Of a stretch of DNA of 39,615 bases, positions 8,339-16,534 are shown piece after piece (positions within the stretch are counted from its first letter, which is position 1; each line of letters starts with the position of its first letter). Made by a program: the position numbers and the translations under genes. A model generated the notes under the pieces. It did no database searches. It saw only the letters and a list, made by a program, of their open reading frames with translations, and was not told the origin of the DNA. The DNA is taken from positions 1 through 39,615 of IMG/VR virus record IMGVR_UViG_3300045988_104347, one strand, 5' to 3'. Origin of the DNA: a virus.

Positions 8339-10045
8339 ATGTGGAAAACTGATGAGCACAAGCAAGAGCTGGATATATTCCCCGTATATACAGACCGCCT
8401 CACGCCCGACCAGCGTGCTGACATTGAGAGTTTCCCACAGCTCAATGCCAATGATTGTAAGAAAATTAATGGCTGTTTCACGCCTTACATATTTTACAAA
8501 CGCACAAGTGCAGGAAGATACACTTGTTTCTGCACAAACTGCAACAAAGAATACAAAGTCAATCTGAACGATGTTGATGACATCTATCATGTGCAGGACG
8601 AAGTCAGACACGGATACAGAGGTGTATGTCCGTACTGCAAGGTCAATGCTGAGTATAAGTCTGCTGGATACAAGCAAGTGGGGCTTGCCGAGGCCATAGA
8701 CCTTTGTGTGTATAAAGTTGTCGATGATTTGGTCTACATATTTGCAGCAGTAGTCGAGAAGAATTATAACCTTTATTCTACAGATGACTACGATAGAGAG
8801 CCGAACATTGTTGTTGACATCAAGAAGATGTACGTTTTACGAAAAGGACGAGCAGAGGTGTACGATGTCGGCTATGCGTACACACGACACGGCTTTACAG
8901 CATTTTTCCGCCCAATAAAGAAAAAAATTTGCGGAGCCTTTAACGACGGCTTTGCAAGTCGTCCAAAAAGATATCTTTACAAAGAGACACTTCGTAACAC
9001 GTTTTTAAAGTATTCAGGGATAGATTTTGTGAAAAATGGCTACATCACCCAGTTCGATCAGGAACGCTACTACACAGCGTATGCTATGTATCCCATACTT
9101 GAAATGGCCACAAAGATGGACTGTGCAATGTTCGTTCAGGACCTTTTGTGGAGAAATAAAAAAAACTATAAGATTCTTGACTGGTCGGCAAAGTCGCCGA
9201 AAAAGTTCTTCAAGCACCTAACGCAAAATGAGGTCAAAACCATTCTTGAAGATCACACGCCGGCAGAAGTTATTGAGGTGTATCAGGACTTCAAGCGCAA
9301 AGGCAAGAAGAAAGACCTTTTCTACTGCCGAATGTATAGCTATATCATTGATTACTGTACCAGCATTGAAAAGGCAGGCGTTGATCCAGAGCAGGCATTA
9401 GAGTACCTGAGAAAAGTCATGAAGCACTCTCCTGAAGAAGAGCGTTGTGAGGACGATCACTCAGAGATAAGGCGCCTTGTCAATCTGTATGATGATTATG
9501 CTAACATAGGGCTGAAAATCGGATATGATTTTTCATTAGAAAACATAGCATTTCCAAGAGATTTAAACGAAGCACATGATAACGCAGTTGAGAACTTCAA
9601 CTTCATGGAAGAAGAACGCAAGAGAAAAGAAGCCGCCGAGCGTGAGGAAGCCTATAAGCCCAGATACAAGAAGCTTTGCAAAAAATATAAGGGCTATAGC
9701 TATCCAGGCATTCAACTGGTCGTGCCAAAGAATGCCGAAAGCATCATCAAAGAGGGAAAGGAATTGCAAATATGCGTCGGCGGCTATGCTTCAAGGCATT
9801 GCAACGGTGCCACGACAATTCTATTCATCAGAAAGCCGTTTGACCTTGATAAGTCATGGTTTACGATTGAAATAGACAATGCTGACCATATCGTGCAATG
9901 CCACGGATTTAAGAATGAACAAGCCAAAGACCCCTTAACGGGCAAGAAGCTTGAAAAGCCTGAAATAATCAAGGCGTTTGAAGTCAACTTCCAAGAGTGG
10001 CTGAATAGTCAGAAGAAGCAGAATAAGAGGAGAAAAGCAAGCTAG
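8339..10045 (+). CDS. PcfJ-like protein, 568 aa
   Basis: The C-terminal EGKELQICVGGYASRHCNGATTILFIRK matches the PcfJ-domain signature (EG..L.HCVG.Y...G...I.FIR). Zinc-ribbon-like CxxC pairs near the N-terminus. Confidence 0.6.
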   Translation: MWKTDEHKQELDIFPVYTDRLTPDQRADIESFPQLNANDCKKINGCFTPYIFYKRTSAGRYTCFCTNCNKEYKVNLNDVDDIYHVQDEVRHGYRGVCPYCKVNAEYKSAGYKQVGLAEAIDLCVYKVVDDLVYIFAAVVEKNYNLYSTDDYDREPNIVVDIKKMYVLRKGRAEVYDVGYAYTRHGFTAFFRPIKKKICGAFNDGFASRPKRYLYKETLRNTFLKYSGIDFVKNGYITQFDQERYYTAYAMYPILEMATKMDCAMFVQDLLWRNKKNYKILDWSAKSPKKFFKHLTQNEVKTILEDHTPAEVIEVYQDFKRKGKKKDLFYCRMYSYIIDYCTSIEKAGVDPEQALEYLRKVMKHSPEEERCEDDHSEIRRLVNLYDDYANIGLKIGYDFSLENIAFPRDLNEAHDNAVENFNFMEEERKRKEAAEREEAYKPRYKKLCKKYKGYSYPGIQLVVPKNAESIIKEGKELQICVGGYASRHCNGATTILFIRKPFDLDKSWFTIEIDNADHIVQCHGFKNEQAKDPLTGKKLEKPEIIKAFEVNFQEWLNSQKKQNKRRKAS

Positions 10046-10056
10046 GAGGAATTACA

Positions 10057-10569
10057 ATGAATGAGATCAAACTAAGACCTGGTGAGGAGTTCGTATATAA
10101 TGGTATACGTTTTATATGCCTCGATATTATCGACGGCAATTATTTAGCAATAGCGGCTGAGTGTTGGTGTGAAAAGCGTTTTAACGAGGAGTTCAAGGAC
10201 GGCTGCAACAACTGGGAGAAATCCACTCTCCGCCGCTTTCTTAACGAAAATGTGCTAGAGGGACATTTTAACACGGAGCATCTTATAAAGCAAACGTCTG
10301 ACCTTGTCGCCGATAACGGTGATAAAGCTTACGGAACGTGTGAAGATTATATAACGCTGCTCACTTGCGACCAGTACCGCAAGTATAGAGATTATGTGCC
10401 GCTCTTTGAAGGCTGTATGTGGACGCTTACTCCGTGGAGGTGCGACACCGGCTACGCTTACAACGTGCATATCGTCATCCCGGGGGCTATCGACCACGGC
10501 AATGCACACAGCAGTTTCGGGCTTGCCCCGGTTTGTTTATTTAACTCTGATAATCTCACATTGCACTGA
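10057..10569 (+). CDS. DUF6273-like protein, 170 aa
   Basis: The motifs NNWEKSTLRRFLN, YITLLTCDQY, WTLTPW and FGLAPVCLF resemble the DUF6273 pattern. Confidence 0.45.
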   Translation: MNEIKLRPGEEFVYNGIRFICLDIIDGNYLAIAAECWCEKRFNEEFKDGCNNWEKSTLRRFLNENVLEGHFNTEHLIKQTSDLVADNGDKAYGTCEDYITLLTCDQYRKYRDYVPLFEGCMWTLTPWRCDTGYAYNVHIVIPGAIDHGNAHSSFGLAPVCLFNSDNLTLH

Positions 10570-10620
10570 CAGGTGCAGCTTATACCCGCTGAATAACTAA
10601 CCAAAATAGGAGGAAACGCA

Positions 10621-11616
10621 ATGGAAAACACAGAAATTACAGTATCTATGAAAACGGCTATGGCAGAACATCAGCACATATGCGAGTGCTACCGAACAGC
10701 TGCTACGGCTATCGTTGACATGGGCAGATCTCTCAAGAATATCAGAGACTATAAGCTCTACATAGCACTGGGGTATGAGTCTTTTAGGGATTATCTTGAA
10801 AGCAATGGTGACTACACGTTCAAAGAACGTCAGGCGTATACCTATATCAAACTCTATGAGGACAATAGCACCAAGTTCCTTGAAGAACACGCAAGTATAG
10901 GCGTGACAAAGCTGGAGCTTCTCTCCAAGCTTCCGGAGTACGAACGTGAAGAATTCGCTGACACACATGACCTTGGCGGAATGACAGTTGAAGAAGTCAA
11001 GAAGCTTATCAAAGAAAAGCAGGCATTAGGCGAACAACTGACATTCCTTGAGGAGGAGAAGAAGGAGCAGACAGAAAGCGCCGAATCTCTCAGAGCTGAG
11101 CTTGAAGAACTGAGAGAAAAGCTTAAGCAGGCCGAGGACAAGCCTATCGAGGTAGTTAAGAGAGACCTCGACGAAGAAGAGATTGACAAGATAAGGCTGT
11201 CTATCCGTCAGGAACTTCATGCCGAACATATGAAAGAGCTGAATTCGCTGAAGAAGTCAAGCCGTGAAGCCGTGAATGCGGCAGAAGCTGAAAAAAATAA
11301 TGCCCTTAAGAAAGCACAGACAGAGCGTGACGATGCAGTTAAGGAAGCCGTCGCTAAGTATGAAATCGCCCTCAGTAAAGCTAAGGCTGAGGCAGAAGAA
11401 GCGGACCATGCCAAGGCAGAGTTGGAAAAGAAATTGAAGTCAGGCAATGCAGACGAAGCAAGGGTTGCGCTGAAGATCATCTTTGAAAACGTTCAGAAAG
11501 GGCTTACGGAATTCATTGAAAAAATCAATGATATTGAAGACCCACAAACCAAGGAAAAGTTCATTACTGTCACAAGCAAGTGGCTCAGACAGGCGGCTGA
11601 TGACCTTGAGGGGTGA
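10621..11616 (+). CDS. DUF3102-like N-terminal domain plus long coiled coil, 331 aa
   Basis: N-terminal IVDMGRSLKNIRDYKLYIALGYESFRDYLE, then about 180 aa of E/K/A-rich heptad-like sequence. Confidence 0.45.
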   Translation: MENTEITVSMKTAMAEHQHICECYRTAATAIVDMGRSLKNIRDYKLYIALGYESFRDYLESNGDYTFKERQAYTYIKLYEDNSTKFLEEHASIGVTKLELLSKLPEYEREEFADTHDLGGMTVEEVKKLIKEKQALGEQLTFLEEEKKEQTESAESLRAELEELREKLKQAEDKPIEVVKRDLDEEEIDKIRLSIRQELHAEHMKELNSLKKSSREAVNAAEAEKNNALKKAQTERDDAVKEAVAKYEIALSKAKAEAEEADHAKAELEKKLKSGNADEARVALKIIFENVQKGLTEFIEKINDIEDPQTKEKFITVTSKWLRQAADDLEG

Positions 11617-11638
11617 GCTGAATGACCAGAGAATTGAA

Positions 11639-12355
11639 ATGAAGAAGAACACCACCTATGAGGAAAGAAAAGCTAATGGAATATGCCCATATTGCGGGCG
11701 AGAAAAAGCTGTTCCTGGATATATTATGTGCGAGAAATGTAGAGAACAGAACAAGGAAAGATGTAAGAAACGCTATGAACGAGCGAAAGATAAAGGGCTA
11801 TGCACACGTTGTTACAAGAAGCCATCAATTGAGGGTCAAACAATGTGCAGAGAATGTCTTGCGAAAATGCTAGCGAAAGACAAAGAAAAGCGATATGGCG
11901 GAGTATGCGATATGGATTGTTTCAATTGCAAATATGATGACTGCATTAATGACAATGTGCCAGAATGCTATGCTGATTTGCCCTTTGAGGAAAAGGAAAA
12001 GATCCGAAAACGCAATCGAGCCCGATATCACGAACTTAAAGAGAGGGGAATTTGTGTAAAATGCGGAAAGCTGCCAGCAAAAGAAGGAATCACTCTTTGT
12101 GAAAGTTGCGCACACAAGAGAAGTAAGAGGGAGAAAAGGAAAAGGGCAGAAAATCAGCAGATCAGCAAGCGGGATTTATGGCGTGAACAAAGAAAATGTT
12201 ATTTCTGCGGAGGAGAATGTGTGCAAGGCCAGAAGGTGTGCACGAAACACTATGAAATGCTCAAAGCTATGGCAATGCATATGTGTGAAAGCGAAAGGAG
12301 CAAGATCGCAAGAGAACGGCTGAAAAAAGTATACTTTGCGGGAAGGCAACAATAG
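11639..12355 (+). CDS. Repeated zinc-ribbon protein with basic linkers, 238 aa
   Basis: Four CxxC...CxxC units (CPYCG..CEKC, CTRCY..CREC, CVKCG..CESC, CYFCG..C) separated by K/R-rich helices. ATG 11639 is in frame within ORF 11483-12355. Confidence 0.6.
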   Translation: MKKNTTYEERKANGICPYCGREKAVPGYIMCEKCREQNKERCKKRYERAKDKGLCTRCYKKPSIEGQTMCRECLAKMLAKDKEKRYGGVCDMDCFNCKYDDCINDNVPECYADLPFEEKEKIRKRNRARYHELKERGICVKCGKLPAKEGITLCESCAHKRSKREKRKRAENQQISKRDLWREQRKCYFCGGECVQGQKVCTKHYEMLKAMAMHMCESERSKIARERLKKVYFAGRQQ

Positions 12356-12377
12356 AATTGTGAAAGGAGAAATCACT

Positions 12378-12602
12378 ATGGAACACAAGTGTAAGTTCTG
12401 CGGAAGAAAGATAGGAACCGCACATTATATCCACAAGAAGGATTGTACGTGCGGGATTTGTACAAAGTACTGTATGAGCGAATGTCAACTCTCAAAGAAT
12501 GGCTTGTTGAGCTGGCATAAAGAGCCGTGCGTATCTTGTGAGAGAAATCCATATCGTAAGAACTATAAATGGAACGGAAAGGAATGGACAAAAGATGATT
12601 GA
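12378..12602 (+). CDS. Cys-rich small protein, 74 aa
   Basis: ATG 12378 follows AAAGGAG. Nine Cys residues (CKFCG, CTCGIC, CVSC). Confidence 0.55.
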   Translation: MEHKCKFCGRKIGTAHYIHKKDCTCGICTKYCMSECQLSKNGLLSWHKEPCVSCERNPYRKNYKWNGKEWTKDD

Positions 12603-13395
12603 TATTGACGGCTTCAAGGAATATCTTTACGAAGAGGAGCTTGCGCCGAACACAATAGCAACATATGTCAAAGGCGTAGAAAAATATGCTGAAAGGTTCG
12701 ACACCATAACGAAGCCGAACTTAATCGAATTCAAACGCTATCTGGTCGAGAATTACAAGCCGCAAACTGTAAATCTCCGAATAACTGCCCTACTCACTTA
12801 CTGCAAGTATAAAGGAATAGAAATAAAGTTGAAACAGGTTAAGTTAGCTAAGAAAACAAGCATTGACAATGTCATTTCACTTGGCCAATACAACCGACTG
12901 ATAGATGGACTTAAAAGAGACAATAATATGCGGTGGTATATTACTATCGTTGTCTTAGCAAGAACAGGAATGAGGATATCGGAAGCTTTAAAAATACGCA
13001 AGAGCGATATTATCAATGGGAAAGTGACCTTAAATGCTAAGGCTCATATGAGAACAATATTTTTTCCAAAAACGCTAACAGATGAGATACTTCCCTATCT
13101 TAGCAATGTTTCTGATGATGATTTCGTTCTGCAGAATCACAATGGTCAGCCTATAACATCACGAGGGGTCTCTGGTGAACTCAGACGTTTTGCAGACAAG
13201 TACGGCATCCCGAAAGAAGTAATGCACCCACATTCGTTTCGGCATTTCTTTGCTATCGAATTTGTTAAAAGAAACAATAATATTTCGCTGCTTGCTGACC
13301 TACTAGGACACGGAAGCGTTAACATCACGCAGATATATCTACGTCAGTCAGAAGAACAACAGAAAACAGCTGTTGATAATACTGTCAATTGGTGA
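12595..13395 (+). CDS. Tyrosine recombinase, XerC/D-like, 266 aa
   Basis: SAM-like N-domain (NTIATYVKGVEKY). Catalytic set ARTGMRISE (Arg), HPHSFRHFFA (His-x-x-Arg), LLGHGSVNITQIYL (His, Tyr). No arm-binding N-terminal extension. Confidence 0.88.
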   Translation: MIDIDGFKEYLYEEELAPNTIATYVKGVEKYAERFDTITKPNLIEFKRYLVENYKPQTVNLRITALLTYCKYKGIEIKLKQVKLAKKTSIDNVISLGQYNRLIDGLKRDNNMRWYITIVVLARTGMRISEALKIRKSDIINGKVTLNAKAHMRTIFFPKTLTDEILPYLSNVSDDDFVLQNHNGQPITSRGVSGELRRFADKYGIPKEVMHPHSFRHFFAIEFVKRNNNISLLADLLGHGSVNITQIYLRQSEEQQKTAVDNTVNW

Positions 13396-13410
13396 CAAAG
13401 GGTGAGAACA

Positions 13411-13572
13411 ATGAGATGTGGTGATAAGAGAATGAGATCAGAATACATATTTCCACTTCTGCTGATTTTGCTGGACGTGGGAGCGGCTATCATATACGCT
13501 TTGCAAAAGGACTACAAGAAATCCGTCTATTGGATAGCGGCGGCCGTACTGAATGTGACAGTAACAGTTTAG
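13411..13572 (+). CDS. Small membrane protein, 53 aa (not in ORF track)
   Basis: RBS AAGGGTGAG. Two hydrophobic stretches (YIFPLLLILLDVGAAIIYAL, VYWIAAAVLNVTV). Confidence 0.4.
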   Translation: MRCGDKRMRSEYIFPLLLILLDVGAAIIYALQKDYKKSVYWIAAAVLNVTVTV

Positions 13573-13583
13573 GAGGAATAACT

Positions 13584-13856
13584 ATGTCAGATGAAAATCC
13601 AATAGCTATAGCGCAGAAAATCTTGTCTGAAATAACCACGGGCAGAAATAAAGATAGAAAGAGCTTGAAAAAAGCTCTTTCAACACTCAAAGTTGGAGAT
13701 CAGATTGCAACAGACGAAGAAATATGGACTGTTATTGGTATAGAAACAATTGAATCTAAATCTTTTAAAATGCCAAGAACATTGAAAGTTAAGTGTTCAT
13801 CATCACAGCGGAGCAAATGCTTGATTTTCTACATACCAAAGGGCGGTGTTATGTAA
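13584..13856 (+). CDS. Hypothetical protein, 90 aa
   Basis: ATG 13584 follows AGGAGG. Confidence 0.55.
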   Translation: MSDENPIAIAQKILSEITTGRNKDRKSLKKALSTLKVGDQIATDEEIWTVIGIETIESKSFKMPRTLKVKCSSSQRSKCLIFYIPKGGVM

Positions 13857-14239
13857 TGAAAAATTCAAACACACCAACAGAACACATAGAGCAGGCATTG
13901 CTTTTCAAGTGGGCGACATTCAGCTCAGGCAAGTATCCCGAACTGGAGTATATGTTCGCTATACCGAACGGCGGCTATCGCCACTATAGAACTGCCGCAG
14001 ATCTTAAGTCTGAGGGCGTAAAGTCAGGTGTGCCTGACATAATGCTTCCGGTGGGACGTGGCGGTTACTACGGTCTTTTTATAGAAATGAAACGCACATC
14101 AGGTGGACGAGTATCGGAATCTCAACAGAAGTTTCTGAAAACGCTTAATGACAACGGCTATCTTGCAGTTGTTTGCAAAGGCTTTGAGCAGGCGCAGGAA
14201 GCAATCTTGAAGTACCTTAATAAAGGAGTGAGAAAATGA
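13856..14239 (+). CDS. VRR-NUC domain nuclease, 127 aa
   Basis: PD-(D/E)xK-type signature GVPDIML ... LFIEMKR ... SESQQKFL. TAATG overlap with the upstream gene. Confidence 0.8.
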   Translation: MKNSNTPTEHIEQALLFKWATFSSGKYPELEYMFAIPNGGYRHYRTAADLKSEGVKSGVPDIMLPVGRGGYYGLFIEMKRTSGGRVSESQQKFLKTLNDNGYLAVVCKGFEQAQEAILKYLNKGVRK

Positions 14240-14273
14240 AAATATCTAAGCTGAAAAAAATATGCAGTAAAGC

Positions 14274-14299
14274 GGCTAAGACTTATGGCTAAGACTTAT
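14274..14299. repeat. Perfect tandem 13-mer GGCTAAGACTTAT x2 (iteron-like)
   Basis: 14274-14286 and 14287-14299 are identical. About 100 nt upstream of the Rep start. Confidence 0.85.
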
Positions 14300-14349
14300 A
14301 TATTATATATAGTATAGAACAAGTGTTCAGCCCGTGTGTAAGCACGGGT
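14297..14349. promoter_or_regulatory. Candidate replication-origin elements: AT-only inverted repeat plus GC hairpin
   Basis: TATATAT-T-ATATATA (14297-14311), then CCCGTG-TGTAAG-CACGGG (14331-14348). Lies between the iteron-like repeat and the HUH Rep gene. Confidence 0.45.
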
Positions 14350-14400
14350 ATGAGGGCTTGTAATGGGTCTTAATAACTCGGACAGTGGGAGGAAATGACA

Positions 14401-15183
14401 ATGAGCCTTATGAGATACAGAGAGCAAAAGTATATTTATGGAAACTACATGGAAGTGAATATGTATCCTGTCTATGCCTGCCCACGTTCTTCTAGTCGAA
14501 AGAAGAAAAGAAAGCCGACAAGCAAGGTGCAGGAGAGATTGAATCAGATCAATGCTGAAAGAGCTCTGGCAAGACTTATCCCTGCAAACTTCACCGACAA
14601 AGACTATAAGTTCGAGCTGACCTATGCACCGCAGAATAATCCTGCTGACCTTGAGCGTGCCAAGAAAGACTTTGCTAATTTTGTCAAGCGTGTGAATAGA
14701 GCAAGAGTCAAGAGAGGCTTGCCGAGAATGAAATATATTTATTCCATTGAGCAAGGCTCTAAGTCTGGACGTATTCACTTTCACGTTATCATGACTGGTG
14801 GTCTGACTATCAACGAGATAGCATCCATATGGGGCAAGGGCTATGTTGACAAGGTCCTGCCATTGATGTTTGACCAGACAGGCTGTGCAGGAATTGCAAA
14901 ATATTTCTGCAAGCAGAAGATTTCAGATCATAACAACGGCAAGCACGCCAAGCGCTATGTTGCGTCAACGAGCTGCATTAAGCCGCAGCCGCAGAATAAC
15001 GATTATCGTCTGACGAAACGTGCGGTGCAGAGCATGGCATATAACTGTGATAACTCGGCACTGTTCGAGAATATGTATCAAGATTATTACTATGCTGATT
15101 GCCGTCCATTCTGGAACGAGGATAACGGCACGTTCTACATATCGCTGTTTATGTACCGGAGAACGGCGAAGCTGAACATATAG
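14401..15183 (+). CDS. HUH-superfamily rolling-circle replication initiator (Rep), about 260 aa
   Basis: HUH motif GRIHFHVIMTGG. Downstream Tyr motif GIAKYFCKQK. Basic N-terminal segment SSSRKKKRKPTSK. ATG 14401 lies 8 nt after GGGAGG (ATG 14395 is also possible). Confidence 0.7.
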   Translation: MSLMRYREQKYIYGNYMEVNMYPVYACPRSSSRKKKRKPTSKVQERLNQINAERALARLIPANFTDKDYKFELTYAPQNNPADLERAKKDFANFVKRVNRARVKRGLPRMKYIYSIEQGSKSGRIHFHVIMTGGLTINEIASIWGKGYVDKVLPLMFDQTGCAGIAKYFCKQKISDHNNGKHAKRYVASTSCIKPQPQNNDYRLTKRAVQSMAYNCDNSALFENMYQDYYYADCRPFWNEDNGTFYISLFMYRRTAKLNI

Positions 15184-15191
15184 GGGGTGAG

Positions 15192-15410
15192 ATGATGAGT
15201 CTTAAGGGAGCTGAGCTTAGCGTGATATGTGATGATTGCCATAAGGCATTCATAGTCTGCGTTCGCAAAGAGAGATTTCAAAGCATAGAAGGGGACGTAT
15301 GGTGCTATAACTGCCCTCACTGTGGTAAGTTATACGTTGCATATATCGACGATAGCCTGACGAAAATATCGAGAGAATTATCGGCAAGGCAGGGAAAGGA
15401 GAAGAATTAA
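15192..15410 (+). CDS. Zinc-ribbon small protein, 72 aa
   Basis: CDDCHKAF ... CYNCPHCGKLY. RBS AGGGGG. Confidence 0.55.
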   Translation: MMSLKGAELSVICDDCHKAFIVCVRKERFQSIEGDVWCYNCPHCGKLYVAYIDDSLTKISRELSARQGKEKN

Positions 15411-15646
15411 TGGACTCATACAGACAGGGATATATCAAAGCATTAATCGACGTGAAGAACTATGTCGATAGCCATTCGCACGTGATGAAGCACTACAAGC
15501 TTTATAATTCAAAGAAACTACCTATGCTTTTACAAGCATTTATTGACAACGCCGATGAAATGATTGCAATGGGTGATATGATAGAATTGACATTGACGTT
15601 CGATCAGAAAAGCATTAAGAAGTCCAAGGAGAATTATCATGACTAA
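15410..15646 (+). CDS. Hypothetical protein, 78 aa
   Basis: ATG overlaps the upstream TAA (TAATG). Confidence 0.55.
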   Translation: MDSYRQGYIKALIDVKNYVDSHSHVMKHYKLYNSKKLPMLLQAFIDNADEMIAMGDMIELTLTFDQKSIKKSKENYHD

Positions 15647-15932
15647 GAAGCGATTGTTGTCATATCGACAACTTAAGGCTGAGCTGAAGTGGGTAAGTGA
15701 AGATAGTGACGATTATCGCAGCCTGAAAGCAGAGATAGCAGAGATTGAAGCATATGTGTCAGGCATTGATGACGCATTCATCAGGATTATTTTTCGCCTG
15801 CGTTATCTTGTCCCACGCAAGGACGGAGCTTGGCAGCCGCCGTCATGGGCGTGGATAGCCAGGCAAGCCAATGCTTCAGAAGATTACTGCAAGGGCAGGC
15901 ATTGCAAGTTCTGTAAGAAAAACACGCTGTAA
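15639..15932 (+). CDS. Possible late-gene transcriptional regulator (sigma region-4-like / DUF1492-type), 97 aa
   Basis: Last ORF before the packaging module. The segment IRIIFRLRYL....SWAWIARQANASEDYC resembles small phage sigma-like activators. Confidence 0.35.
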   Translation: MTKKRLLSYRQLKAELKWVSEDSDDYRSLKAEIAEIEAYVSGIDDAFIRIIFRLRYLVPRKDGAWQPPSWAWIARQANASEDYCKGRHCKFCKKNTL

Positions 15933-16010
15933 CACGCACGAACACACTCTGCGTGCTATGATGATAATGCGGGGTTGTTGTTATAGTTTTTCCATAGGTT
16001 TATGTCGGTG

Positions 16011-16040
16011 CAAGGGCCACGTTGTATGACGTGGTCCTTG
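16011..16040 (+). other. 12-bp stem hairpin in the late-region leader
   Basis: CAAGGGCCACGT-TGTATG-ACGTGGTCCTTG, with one G-U position. No clean T-run follows. Confidence 0.5.
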
Positions 16041-16048
16041 TGCTATAT

Positions 16049-16408
16049 ATGCGAGGTGATAACGTGTATAGTACGAGTCAGATCAGAGAGCTAATCAAGG
16101 AAGGACGAGTTGACAAGTTCTATAACGATCGCTATTGGCGGAAGTTCAGCAAGAGCGTTATCGCAGAGCAGCACAATGAATGCCAGATATGCAAGTGCAA
16201 GGGTAAAGTGACGAGGGCAACTATTCTTCATCACGTCAAGCACCTTAAGCAGTTTCCACAGTTTGCATACAGTCGGTATTACTATGACGATACTGGCGAA
16301 AAGCATAGACAGCTGATAGCACTGTGTCATGACTGCCACGAAGCACAGCACCCAGAACGGCGCTGGCAAGAACGTGCCGATAAGTTCGTCAATGAGGAGC
16401 GGTGGTGA
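16049..16408 (+). CDS. HNH endonuclease (packaging-associated)
   Basis: HNH/zinc motifs CQICKCKG ... HHVKH ... CHDCHEAQH. Located just upstream of the terminase genes. The start is ATG 16049 or GTG 16064 (after GAGGTGA). Confidence 0.85.
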   Translation: MRGDNVYSTSQIRELIKEGRVDKFYNDRYWRKFSKSVIAEQHNECQICKCKGKVTRATILHHVKHLKQFPQFAYSRYYYDDTGEKHRQLIALCHDCHEAQHPERRWQERADKFVNEERW

Positions 16409-16534
16409 GCGCCTTGCGGCGATACCCCCCGGGGTCAAGGGTCAAAAAATTTTTTCGGCCTTGTACGACGGGAGGCACAGAAGACAAATCCGCCCTCGCA
16501 CGCACGTGAGAGAATTTTTTTCAAGAAAAGTCAA
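16409..16534. other. Candidate cos/packaging-recognition region
   Basis: Non-coding gap between HNH and TerS with CCCCCCGGGG (16425-16434), GTCAAGG/GTCAAAA direct repeats and the AAAAAATTTTTT palindrome (16444-16455). Confidence 0.35.

Noticed and set aside
12595-13395. Calling the tyrosine recombinase a compositionally foreign island
   Set aside because: Hand counts of single 120-nt samples gave about 36% GC here and about 52% in the capsid gene. Another early gene (7321-7440) gave about 39%. The whole early region is AT-richer, so composition does not single this gene out.
14296-14784. 162-aa minus-strand ORF across the origin-like region and Rep 5' end
   Set aside because: It conflicts with the motif-bearing Rep frame and the repeat/hairpin region. 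No RBS or motif.
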